Part shown: one piece after another, positions 48,024 through 57,423 of the stretch
Position numbering within the stretch: the stretch's first letter is position 1
Layout: each line of letters opens with the position of its first letter
Origin: a virus
Virus record (IMG/VR): IMGVR_UViG_3300044837_000112
Location: 1 to 64,000 of that record
Length of the DNA: 64,000 nt
Strand: one strand, 5' to 3'
Program-made: the position numbers and the translations under genes
Notes under the pieces: generated by a model
Seen by the model: only the letters and a program-made list of their open reading frames with translations
The model's database searches: none
Told to the model about the DNA's origin: nothing

Positions 48024-49331
48024 TTAGACGCTCCCGTCGAGTACAGAGATGGTGTAGGTAGCGGTGAGGTCCATGTGGAGGAAGACCGGGAACGCCTTGA
48101 TTCCCGTGCCGACGTCCATACCCCAGGGGTCGACGCCGAAATCCTTCTCCCACTCGTAATAGCCGGACGTCCAGTTACCGGCCGGGTGCGGCGAGGTCAG
48201 CGTCTTCGCGAAGCCGATCTGGGTGTCGTCGAACTGGGCAATGTCATCCTCGGATGGGAGGAAGATCACCTTGTTCTGCGGCAGGAAGCGGTTGTTGGTA
48301 GTAACGGTCGCTCCGACCGACCGAGTACGGTAGACCGCGTCGTACTCGATGAACGTGAGGCCGGTCGCGTTCTCAATGATTGCCTGAGCCGCCGACGGCG
48401 ACCAGCCATCGAGCAGGTACTTCGGGTCGATCGGCGAGGATAGCGGACTGCCAGCCGCCACAAGGCCGGTACGCGCCGTGAACTTCGCCGAGTTCCAGAT
48501 CTGGCTCAGCAGACGACGCGAGGCGATGGCTCGGTTGAGTCGGATGCCGTACGTGTCGTAGAACCAGTTCTGGAGGTTGATGATGTCGCCGATGGGGTCA
48601 CCGGTACCATCACTCTTGATCCAGGAGCTGCTGTTAAGCGTGATGTTCGCGGCGTTACCAGCCGGGTCGATCAGCGTACTGCCCATCACCATGTTCTGCT
48701 GGGCTGGACGCTGGAAGTCAACGGTGAAGTTGATTCGACCATCGTTGTAAGCGATGGCGCCGGTGGAGAGCGCATTCATGATGAGCCACTCCATCCGGTT
48801 GTCGATCTTGCGCCGACGCCGGAGGGTATCACGGGCAAGCCGCGCCTGCCAGTCCTCGGTGGCCGACTGTGCCGTGAGGGGCAGGTTGCTGGTGTCCCGG
48901 AGTTGCTGCTGGATCAGCAGCCATTCCCGGTATCGACTGACATCGGATGCGCTGTAGTGGTCCTTGACTGCCCAGTCAATGACGGACGCGCGACCCTCCA
49001 GCTCGAAGATGTCGTCCTTCTGACTCAGTTCCGATTCCGCGTCTTCTGCGCGGGCCGGAACCAGGCCATCGGACATGCCGAGGGCGTACTGGAAGATCAC
49101 GTCGTCCGTCGGGACCTCGAGGAACGGCGCGATAAGGCTCAGACCGATGTGGTTCTGCGGCAGAACGATCTCGCGAATGACACCAAGCGAGACCTCCTTC
49201 CGGACCAGTCGGTCCTGAGGGATAGGAGTTGCGAACTGGCTTCCACCAGCCACGCCGTGACCGAGACCGAACTGAGGACCAGTCGTCGTCGACGGCGCGG
49301 CCGGGAAGGCAAGCCCAGCACCAGTTGTCAT
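48024..49331 (-). CDS. major capsid protein (lambda gpE-like HK97 fold)
   Basis: GAGG RBS before MTTGAG; RMEWLIMNALSTG, VDF, W...GDPIGDI, DPW. Confidence 0.85.
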   Translation of the reverse strand: MTTGAGLAFPAAPSTTTGPQFGLGHGVAGGSQFATPIPQDRLVRKEVSLGVIREIVLPQNHIGLSLIAPFLEVPTDDVIFQYALGMSDGLVPARAEDAESELSQKDDIFELEGRASVIDWAVKDHYSASDVSRYREWLLIQQQLRDTSNLPLTAQSATEDWQARLARDTLRRRRKIDNRMEWLIMNALSTGAIAYNDGRINFTVDFQRPAQQNMVMGSTLIDPAGNAANITLNSSSWIKSDGTGDPIGDIINLQNWFYDTYGIRLNRAIASRRLLSQIWNSAKFTARTGLVAAGSPLSSPIDPKYLLDGWSPSAAQAIIENATGLTFIEYDAVYRTRSVGATVTTNNRFLPQNKVIFLPSEDDIAQFDDTQIGFAKTLTSPHPAGNWTSGYYEWEKDFGVDPWGMDVGTGIKAFPVFLHMDLTATYTISVLDGSV

Positions 49332-49389
49332 GGAAACATCCTCTGTGTTCGGATCGGGATCGACTGCTTGGCTGTTATTGGGCCGTCGA

Positions 49390-50160
49390 CTACTGGAAAG
49401 TGAGCGACAGAGTCTTTTGGGCAACCGTCGCCGTTGCAGTCGCATTCTGCATCGCCTGCGCGATGCCAGCTGCGGTAAGTTCGATGCACCAAGCCTGGAC
49501 ACAGGTAGCGTCGTATGTGACGGCGATCTCCCGGTCCGACTCCAGCAGTTGCCAGGGCAGGAAGGTGTCGTTGACGCCGACGATACCCGCCGTGCTGCTG
49601 CGGCCATCGAGGGCACCGGCGATACCAGTCGTAGTGTGCACCGGCGTGATCGTCGGGCTAGAGCCGGTGACTGAGGCGATGCTCATAGAGAGCGTCACCG
49701 GACCGGCGAGGTTGCCAGCCGCCGTGTAGACGGTGGCGGTCGTCAGCTGCGGACCGCCGGTGACGAGCAGGTTACCCGCACCAACGCTGGAAAGTGCCTG
49801 GACGGCCGTCTGGATCGTCGCGATCGAGGCGTTGAACGCCAGTGCTGGGGTCGTCTGACCATTGACGGTAATCGTGAACGTACCCGCCGACCAGGTACCA
49901 CCCGGAGTCAGCGTCCAGACGTCAGCGGTACCGGCCGCCTGGAACGGGCCGATCTTGCCAGAGTCGGGACCGGAGGTGATCTTGGCCATCACCGTACCGG
50001 GCTGAAGGATCTTCTGGGTAGAGCCGTCAATGATGACGACGCCGGGAACGGAGTTCTTCGCGACTGTGTACGACGTCTTCTTGACACCAACCGTGGACCG
50101 GAGATACCGGTTGACACCGAACGGAGTCTGGAGCGCGCCGCCCTTGGAAAAGCCGGGCAT
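49390..50160 (-). CDS. head decoration protein with inserted surface domain
   Basis: ILQPGTVMAKITSG..SGKIGPF...DGR....GI; directly upstream of capsid. Confidence 0.75.
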   Translation of the reverse strand: MPGFSKGGALQTPFGVNRYLRSTVGVKKTSYTVAKNSVPGVVIIDGSTQKILQPGTVMAKITSGPDSGKIGPFQAAGTADVWTLTPGGTWSAGTFTITVNGQTTPALAFNASIATIQTAVQALSSVGAGNLLVTGGPQLTTATVYTAAGNLAGPVTLSMSIASVTGSSPTITPVHTTTGIAGALDGRSSTAGIVGVNDTFLPWQLLESDREIAVTYDATCVQAWCIELTAAGIAQAMQNATATATVAQKTLSLTFQ

Positions 50161-50215
50161 ATCTGGTCCTCTCGGTCTTTACTTGCTAGAAGAACATCGT
50201 AGCTGGCCTGACTGT

Positions 50216-51508
50216 TTAGACCTTGATGGCCGGGCGTTCGCCCGCAGAGACCAACTTCTGGTAGGACGGCGTGTTGCAGTACATCGTCGGGATCTGACCG
50301 GACCGTTCGTGGATGCGGACGATCTGACGAGCCGTTTCCAGCTCGGTGCTTGCGGCCGTCGGCTGCGCGCCGTTCGCCGGGTTGGTGACACCGCCGCCGT
50401 GGTTGGCGAGCAGCGGGTTAGGCAGGCCGAACTGCTGCGTCCAGGCCGCGTACTGCGCATCGTCGAGGGCGAGGGCAAATGCCTCGTACTCAGGCTGCTG
50501 TGGCGCGAGGATCTTGTTGTTGATCACGAGGCCCTTGACGAACTCCTTGCGGTTCGTGTCACGCAGTTCACGCTGCGCCGACTCGAACGCGTTGATGTAC
50601 GCCTGAACCTGGCCGAAGTCGGTGACCTGCTGACCGGCACAGGTGAAGATGATCTGCTGCGGGGCCGACGGCTGTGCGAATGGCATCGACTGCTGCGGCG
50701 CTGGCTGCATAGCCGGCTGCTGCATCGGCTGCACCTGCGGCTGCGCGAACTGTGGGAACGTCGGCTGTCCGAGCTGCGGCTGCGCCAGTGGCTGCATCTG
50801 CGGCAGAACGGGCAAAGCAAGAAGGCCGGCAGGCTGACCCTGCTGAACCCCTGCGGCCTGCGGAGTTGGCTGCACGTTAATCTCCCTGAGAGAAGCGCCG
50901 AGATCGAAGATTACCCGAGTACCTGGGGCAACCGCACTATCGGCTTGATGTAATCCGAAGTTTAGACCCTCGACTGCGGGCATGTCGACGTATGCATAGC
51001 CCCCGAAAACGGGCCACAGTTCAGTTTCATTATTGGTTGTGTACTGGATGATCTCCGAAGACCTATTGCGCCAAGTGCCATTGGCTAGATTCTCCGCAGC
51101 GTATAGCTGCGTGATCTCAACGTCGGCCAGCAGATAGCTGTACTCCTGCTTATCAACTGGCGACTGCATCGGCCTTGTCTTCAGATCCTGAGTCCAGCCG
51201 ACGACGTTACCGCGTCCCTGTATGTTGCCAATGAGCCACGTTTTATGGCCATCGCGCACCGGCGCCGCAGGCAAAATGCTCTTCTGGGCGAGGAAGCTGT
51301 TGTTCGAGATCATCTGATCAAGGTGAAACTGTTCCCACGTCGACTGCATTCCGGAACTGTCACGGAATGTACCAGTCCGAAAGACCGGAATGTCAGTGAA
51401 GACAGTACCACCCTTACTGCCAGAATACTGCTTGCCAAAACTGGTCGCAAGTCCATCCATCACGTAGAGGAGGGACCGCGCCGCAGCCGGAAAAGCAGTA
51501 ACTGTCAT
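50216..51508 (-). CDS. capsid maturation protease/scaffold (Mu gpI-like)
   Basis: FRTGTF, DGH, GW, RSSEI, PAVEGL; Q/P-rich linker and scaffold C-terminus. Confidence 0.75.
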   Translation of the reverse strand: MTVTAFPAAARSLLYVMDGLATSFGKQYSGSKGGTVFTDIPVFRTGTFRDSSGMQSTWEQFHLDQMISNNSFLAQKSILPAAPVRDGHKTWLIGNIQGRGNVVGWTQDLKTRPMQSPVDKQEYSYLLADVEITQLYAAENLANGTWRNRSSEIIQYTTNNETELWPVFGGYAYVDMPAVEGLNFGLHQADSAVAPGTRVIFDLGASLREINVQPTPQAAGVQQGQPAGLLALPVLPQMQPLAQPQLGQPTFPQFAQPQVQPMQQPAMQPAPQQSMPFAQPSAPQQIIFTCAGQQVTDFGQVQAYINAFESAQRELRDTNRKEFVKGLVINNKILAPQQPEYEAFALALDDAQYAAWTQQFGLPNPLLANHGGGVTNPANGAQPTAASTELETARQIVRIHERSGQIPTMYCNTPSYQKLVSAGERPAIKV

Positions 51509-51531
51509 GGGGCATACATTACGGCACGCCC

Positions 51532-51822
51532 TCACCTACCGGAAGCGGCGCTTGGTGCCCCAATTTCCAGTTCGTGTGGCGGATCTATCTCTTCCATGAC
51601 TGCGCGACCACCACTGATGACGATATCTTGCCATCGATAGCAGTCGCGACATTTGATACTGACTGAACCACCCTTGAACACAGACTCGGTTGTCGTACGA
51701 CCCGACCGCTCAATTTTGACATGGACGTAGAGGCGTCCGTCGACATCGACGCCATACATGGCCAGCAGTGGTCGGCGCGGACAGAAAGGGCACCGCCACT
51801 CCTTCGGCTTTCCAGTCAACAT
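51532..51822 (-). CDS. Com-like Zn-ribbon protein
   Basis: EWRCPFC..LLA...IKCRDC. Confidence 0.6.
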   Translation of the reverse strand: MLTGKPKEWRCPFCPRRPLLAMYGVDVDGRLYVHVKIERSGRTTTESVFKGGSVSIKCRDCYRWQDIVISGGRAVMEEIDPPHELEIGAPSAASGR

Positions 51823-53570
51823 CAGTCCTCTTCCAGCTGTTCAGCTAGGCAACTGGTCAGGATCTGCTCCAGGTAGATCTTGAGTTCGCCGGTCGAATCC
51901 ATGCCAATCAGGATCTCGTCCGACTCAAACAGGACAGCCTCGGCCAGGCCATACATGCCCAGTTTGATGCCCTGTTCGTTCTCGAAACCGTCTTTTGTCA
52001 GTGCCGCTTGGAGCTGACCATCGAAGCCGAACGAGAGAGTCGTGCCGATATTGGCGTGCCCTTCAGAGACTCGCTTACTGACCTGAGCAGCGACCCTGGT
52101 TGCGATATCGCTGATAACCAGGGAGGCGTTTGCTGTCTTCTTCTTCGTGCCAGTTCCGCCAGCACCGCCAGTCTTCTTCGGCGTTCCTCCGGCCTTGGCT
52201 TTCGCCTGCGGGTCGGCTGGCTTCGTTCCGGGGGCTCCTGTGTCATTGCCTGTTAGCACCTGCACCTCTTTGAAGGACAGGCCAGCGATATCACCCAGTT
52301 CCTGAAGGTCTGGCATCGCCCGACCGGTTGGGATGAGCGCCTGCAGGATCGCAGTTATCATCTGGATTTTATCGCTGCCCATCTTGCGGAAGCTGATGGT
52401 TGCGCGTGGGGCATTTGTTCCGAAGTTGAAGTCGACAAGCCGCGACAGGATGAAGGCATCGATATATGTCTTCATGTCGGCCGCAAGAGCGTTGAGCATA
52501 TTCTGATAGGTCACCCAGTGGGTTGACCCGAGGTTGTATGATCCTACATCTGCAGTTCTAAGAACCAACAGTGGCGTGAAGAGCGCGAGCGACATCTCTT
52601 CGTCAAGACGCATTAAGTAGCGCTCAAAATCAGCGCCACGCATCTGCGATTCGAGATATTCGATCTCGTAGTCGTATTCGACCGCCTTGCCGGCTGATCC
52701 CGTACCTATCTGGGTTCGGTCGTTCGGCAGCACGACGGCAGATCGGTTCCGCAGACTCTGCAGGACGTTCAGCATCAACTGAGCGCCGTTTATCTTTACT
52801 GCCTGGCCATCCGAGTTAACAGTGATCTGCTCATCGTACGGCGCCCGACCAACTGGTACCGGCTCTCCAAACCGCTCGAAGTATCGGTTAGAGAACATGT
52901 GGATCAGGAGAGAGAAGTACCAACTTGTAAAGGCAGCACGGAGCAACTTCCGTCCGTACATATCGCCATTCTCGGAAAGCAATGGATACCAGAAGGTGTT
53001 CGCGCTTGGAATCGGCCAGTCCTGACCCCAGACTCTGATGCCGTCGTAGATCGGAATCTTTGGAGGGATACGCCCGGCGGGAGCGTACCCATCCACCATC
53101 TTCCAGTGAACCAGCGAGGTCTCCGGGATTAGGTCTTTTATCTTGGTCAAGACCACGCGACCAGAGCCAGGATCGTTCTCAAACTGCAAAACACAGGGCG
53201 CATAGCCAGCCCAGTGCGCCTGCGAGCACGCCTTGATGATGTTCGTCCACATCGCATCCATGTTACCCTGGACAAACTTCTTAATCTTCGGATCGTCACA
53301 CTCGATCTTCCAATCGAGCTGATGCAGCATGAAGCTCATAACACTGAGGGCAGCATTGATCTGATAGTGGTCGCGCATCGTGCGGAAGTCCGCGAGCTGC
53401 AACTTACTCAGATCGAACTGCACAGCACCATAACCGGGTAGATTCCTGATGAGACGGTTGTCCCACTCATTTGCCCAACGAGGAGCAAACTTCTCGCCCA
53501 GTGCTGGCGGCTGCGCCTTCGCGAAGTTGGACGAACTAAGCGGGTTGCCATTTTTATCAACGAGTTGCAT
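51822..53570 (-). CDS. portal protein (DUF935 / Mu gp29-like)
   Basis: YGRKLLRAA, YFERFGEP, GSYNLGSTH, LVDFNFG. Confidence 0.85.
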   Translation of the reverse strand: MQLVDKNGNPLSSSNFAKAQPPALGEKFAPRWANEWDNRLIRNLPGYGAVQFDLSKLQLADFRTMRDHYQINAALSVMSFMLHQLDWKIECDDPKIKKFVQGNMDAMWTNIIKACSQAHWAGYAPCVLQFENDPGSGRVVLTKIKDLIPETSLVHWKMVDGYAPAGRIPPKIPIYDGIRVWGQDWPIPSANTFWYPLLSENGDMYGRKLLRAAFTSWYFSLLIHMFSNRYFERFGEPVPVGRAPYDEQITVNSDGQAVKINGAQLMLNVLQSLRNRSAVVLPNDRTQIGTGSAGKAVEYDYEIEYLESQMRGADFERYLMRLDEEMSLALFTPLLVLRTADVGSYNLGSTHWVTYQNMLNALAADMKTYIDAFILSRLVDFNFGTNAPRATISFRKMGSDKIQMITAILQALIPTGRAMPDLQELGDIAGLSFKEVQVLTGNDTGAPGTKPADPQAKAKAGGTPKKTGGAGGTGTKKKTANASLVISDIATRVAAQVSKRVSEGHANIGTTLSFGFDGQLQAALTKDGFENEQGIKLGMYGLAEAVLFESDEILIGMDSTGELKIYLEQILTSCLAEQLEED

Positions 53571-53576
53571 CAGTAC

Positions 53577-55472
53577 TTAACTCCCGGATCTTAGGTGCGG
53601 CGGAAGCGACATACCAGAACCCATCGAGCCGAAGCCAGGCATTGAGCCAAACCCAGGAATCTCGGGAAGTTCCAAACCAACGCCGCTTCCTTCGCGGGGG
53701 AGGTGTGGAAAAGGTATTGCCGAACCACCAGAGCTAACCGATGCTCCCGATTGTGCCAGACCTCGACGGTATTGTCTATCACCCATGAGGGTGCAAACAA
53801 CACCAGCCATCGCATCGGTGACGTCCTTACTGCCGCCCGGCGGGTGATCCACCTTCTTGCCGTCGCCAGCATGCATGAGTTCTAAGAGTTCTTTGGTGAT
53901 TATATCGATCAGCTTGGTGTCACCATTATGCCAGTAGGTCATCAAGCGTGGCCATTCGACCCGGTCCTCGTAGATTGCCTCACGCAAGTCATGATAAGGT
54001 AGTAACTCTTTGTCGACGGATAGGTAACCTGCATTCATTTTCTTTTTATTTAGTTGCTGCAGTGTATCTGTTGACTGAAAACCGTCTAGAGTTACCTGTT
54101 TAATTCTGAATCCACGTGCATCTCTCAATCGATACAGAATATCACGCATATCTGAGAGGATAATCTCCGTACCAGGTAGTGGCCTGATGCGGATAATGCA
54201 ATCAAACACGATAACTGGCTTGAGTTCATCGTCAACTTCTTTTAATTCGTGCACGTGTCCGACGGCCAACCCTAAAGCATCGCCGTTAGGGCTAATACCG
54301 ATGTCTACGTGGGCCACTCGCTTCAGTGAATCCGTAGCCATGAACCAATCGGCGAACTCGGGTCGATTGAGACGTGGCCCGACAGGACCTTCCGATATTC
54401 CATAACGCGTATGCCACTTTGTAAACGCTGCTTCCACCTTCTCTGGCATCGAGATGAAGGCGTCACCGACCATTGGCGGAATACCAGCATGGTCCCGGAG
54501 CGCTTGTTGCGGGTTACTCGTAAAGTCTTTACGGTATACATTTGGCACCTCCATCAACTGATCGGGCGTCATAAAGTCGCGCATCAGCTCATCAACGATT
54601 GTCTTTCGCGCCGGATCGAACCAGAAGCTATCCCGAGTGATGTTGTCTGGCTTTAGGAACTTGTCCCAGCCAAGACTATCCCAGATGGTCAACTTGGTGG
54701 CGTACGAACCGCCCTTGAAACCTTCCTCCATGAACTCTTTGTACATGTTCGCCGCAAATCCGACCGACTTCTTCATCTGACCAATCAGAATGAGAAGACC
54801 GCGGTTACCGAAGCGAGACGTAATACGGTTCCGGATCGTGTTGTAGCCATCCAGAGCGTAGTCTTTTTTCTCGGTAACGAGGTGCGAGTCCATTTCGTCG
54901 ATGATGCCGCCGAGAATGTTATAACCCTCAAACGTCGTATCCTTGGAGTCACCGGGCACGATCCAAATATCCTTTGGCAGCCGGATCTGCCTCTTGTACG
55001 AAGGATCGTGTGGGTGCTTACGGAACCACGGACTGTGATTGATACGTGCGAAGATGTCGCCAAAGAGAACCTCCCGAGCATTCGTTTCTGAAGTTGACAT
55101 CTGCATGAATGCGATGCGAGATCCCGGCAGCAGACCAAAGAATTCCTGCGGGTTCTTCAAGCACAGCACCCAGTGAGCCATGTAAGGGAGGGCTATCGAC
55201 GCGAACGTCGTCTTACCGACACCAATAGCCCCAGTAAACATAGCACGCTGAACATTAGCCAGATTATAAACGTTGGGTTCAGCACCGAAGATACTAACCA
55301 GTGCTTCACGGACCCCATCGCGAACACCCTTTTCGATGTCAAGGTAATCTTTACCAAGAAACTCTAACAGACCAGCTGGTCGTTCCGTGAAGTCAGTATT
55401 CTTCTTCAGCCAGTCCAGCTCACGAATAGCAATAAGCTCGGAATCAGAATCCACGTAAGTAGGAACTGTCAT
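53577..55472 (-). CDS. terminase large subunit
   Basis: GAIGVGKT, GIIDEMD, HVDIG..GD, VTLDGFQS, DHPPGGSKDVTDA. Confidence 0.92.
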   Translation of the reverse strand: MTVPTYVDSDSELIAIRELDWLKKNTDFTERPAGLLEFLGKDYLDIEKGVRDGVREALVSIFGAEPNVYNLANVQRAMFTGAIGVGKTTFASIALPYMAHWVLCLKNPQEFFGLLPGSRIAFMQMSTSETNAREVLFGDIFARINHSPWFRKHPHDPSYKRQIRLPKDIWIVPGDSKDTTFEGYNILGGIIDEMDSHLVTEKKDYALDGYNTIRNRITSRFGNRGLLILIGQMKKSVGFAANMYKEFMEEGFKGGSYATKLTIWDSLGWDKFLKPDNITRDSFWFDPARKTIVDELMRDFMTPDQLMEVPNVYRKDFTSNPQQALRDHAGIPPMVGDAFISMPEKVEAAFTKWHTRYGISEGPVGPRLNRPEFADWFMATDSLKRVAHVDIGISPNGDALGLAVGHVHELKEVDDELKPVIVFDCIIRIRPLPGTEIILSDMRDILYRLRDARGFRIKQVTLDGFQSTDTLQQLNKKKMNAGYLSVDKELLPYHDLREAIYEDRVEWPRLMTYWHNGDTKLIDIITKELLELMHAGDGKKVDHPPGGSKDVTDAMAGVVCTLMGDRQYRRGLAQSGASVSSGGSAIPFPHLPREGSGVGLELPEIPGFGSMPGFGSMGSGMSLPPHLRSGS

Positions 55473-55474
55473 GA

Positions 55475-56956
55475 CTAAAACACCCTGGTGGCGGGAACCT
55501 CTAGCACGACTGATCCCTCAATCTCCTTGCGTGTCGGAGGTGTCGGAGCCGCAGTCGCCGCATGGACCATCCGCTCGCCTACCGCAAGACCACCCAGGGT
55601 GCCACCAGCACCGAGTCCCTTCAGCATCCCCTTGATCATGTCGCCATCGATCTCGTTACGAGGGATGCCAGCCTCCTCCAGCGCGCGGACTGCTGCGGCA
55701 ACCAGCTCCTTGGGGTTTTGGCTGCTAACTATGCCTGCCGAGACGCCGACCCCGACGTTGACGTTGACGTTCGCCGCGCCCGACAGCTTCGGGTCCACCA
55801 GCTTGGCGAGTTTGACGCCATCAGCGAACAGTCCACCCATCTGCTTAGTAACCTCAGGATCAAGCTGGTCACTCTCGGACTCCTTCTCCATCGCGGTCTC
55901 GAGCCGCTCTGCCCGCATCCTGGTCAGCTCGGCGAGTCCCTCGACGATCCGACCCGCGTCGCGGTGCTGGAAGAACTTGGCAAGATCGGCCATCTCGGAC
56001 TCCTTTAGGCCGCAGATCTGACCGGCACGAAAGACTCTACAACCAGGAGCGATGCTACACTGGTCACAAAGTACCTTCTCGGCGGCGGCGGTGGTGTACT
56101 GTTTGCGCTGAATGACGATACTCTGGCCCTGATGCGGTAGCCCAGTCGCAGCGATGCGCTCCATAGCTCTGGTGGCGCCACGACCCGCGTACCTGAAGTT
56201 CGAGTTGTAGTGCTGCTGCGCCCACAGGATCGAGCGGATACGCAGCAGATAGCGAGCCTGCTGACCCAGCGAGCCTCCATCGAGAAAGTCTTTGACGGTG
56301 ATGCCGAACAGCTCGATCCAGTGACGCCAGTCATTTATATCGCGGTAGAAGTTACTCGAGTCCATATCAAGCGTCCGGCCCGGCGCCAGCCGAATCTTCC
56401 GGTTCTGGTCACCCAGATCCTCTAGGCCGACATCGACGCTGGCCAGATCATACGCGAACATGTACGCGAAGCTGATGAGGCCATTGACGTGCAGAGTCAC
56501 TCCTGGATTGTCGAGCTGCAGTTTGCCAACTCTTGCCAGCATGCTAGACGGCATGCCACCGAAGTTATAGAGCACAACCTTGTGCTCCTGGCCAAATACT
56601 GACCGCATCGTCCGGTCTATCGTCTCGTCCGCACATAGCCGGGCGTTATCACCAGCTGGGTTGGCGATCAGGAACTCCAGATCTTCCCAATCATCTGTTT
56701 TGGGAGACCAGGTGGGATACACAGCACTCGGCTCACCGAAGCAATCCTCGGGCCGGTACAACTGCGCGCCTTGCTTGCCCAAGATCATGATCTGCGGGTG
56801 GATCTGTGAGCTGGCGTAAATCTGCCGGATTAGGTTCAAGCCGTTGTGCTTCTGGCGACCCAATTCTGTCTGTGAAAAGACGATCCGCGAGATACCTTCA
56901 TCGCGGAATAGGGAGACATTAACGCGAGGGTTCCGAAACCACACCTCAGTCATCAT
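55475..56956 (-). CDS. TGT/DpdA-like degenerate barrel plus Cys-cluster/helical domain; occupies the terminase small subunit position
   Basis: LHVNGL.SF..M..Y...SVD; CDQC....C...C followed by amphipathic helices. Confidence 0.5.
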   Translation of the reverse strand: MMTEVWFRNPRVNVSLFRDEGISRIVFSQTELGRQKHNGLNLIRQIYASSQIHPQIMILGKQGAQLYRPEDCFGEPSAVYPTWSPKTDDWEDLEFLIANPAGDNARLCADETIDRTMRSVFGQEHKVVLYNFGGMPSSMLARVGKLQLDNPGVTLHVNGLISFAYMFAYDLASVDVGLEDLGDQNRKIRLAPGRTLDMDSSNFYRDINDWRHWIELFGITVKDFLDGGSLGQQARYLLRIRSILWAQQHYNSNFRYAGRGATRAMERIAATGLPHQGQSIVIQRKQYTTAAAEKVLCDQCSIAPGCRVFRAGQICGLKESEMADLAKFFQHRDAGRIVEGLAELTRMRAERLETAMEKESESDQLDPEVTKQMGGLFADGVKLAKLVDPKLSGAANVNVNVGVGVSAGIVSSQNPKELVAAAVRALEEAGIPRNEIDGDMIKGMLKGLGAGGTLGGLAVGERMVHAATAAPTPPTRKEIEGSVVLEVPATRVF

Positions 56957-57060
56957 GTCCCTTCCCTCGCCCTCTCGGAGCATTAGTAGATATCTGTACA
57001 CCATACAACCAGGACGCCCACGCGCGGGAGCAATGTAACGGTAGGGAATGTTGGATACAG

Positions 57061-57097
57061 TTCGGGCCAGCCCCCCGTGGAAGAAGGCTGGCCCGAA
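57061..57097. terminator. 12-bp stem hairpin in the late-operon leader
   Basis: TTCGGGCCAGCC / GGCTGGCCCGAA. Confidence 0.6.
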
Positions 57098-57118
57098 ACT
57101 ACTCTGTGTTAAGTCCTA

Positions 57119-57153
57119 CCCGTCACTCTCGCCCAACAGCCCGTCACTCTCGC
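57119..57153. repeat. 14-bp direct repeat CCCGTCACTCTCGC x2 (21-nt period)
   Basis: 57119-57132 and 57140-57153. Confidence 0.8.
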
Positions 57154-57226
57154 AACAGGGGGCCTCCGGGGGAGTCTCACAGATACTTGATTGTTTATCC
57201 TGGAAGATGATCGCTCAAGTAAGGTC

Positions 57227-57255
57227 ACTATACCATGACCCGTAAACCGTGTCAA
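57227..57255 (-). promoter_or_regulatory. consensus-like leftward promoter facing the virion operon
   Basis: TTGACA-17 nt-TATAGT with TGn extension on the - strand. Confidence 0.78.
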
Positions 57256-57423
57256 ATCATCTTAACAATCGCCGGTAATAAAGGTGAATAATGGACACAT
57301 GGGACGCCGCTAGACCGGCCACCACGTGCCGTGATACGGTCACGGGACCGCGATAGGCGGAAGTTCCAGCTAGGTTACCGGCGGAACTAGAGCAAACATC
57401 CTGGAAGATGAATCGGAGATGCC

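Noticed and set aside
55475-56956. Complete 7-deazaguanine DNA modification system
   Set aside because: The TGT-like motif is degenerate and no preQ0 synthesis genes are in the window.
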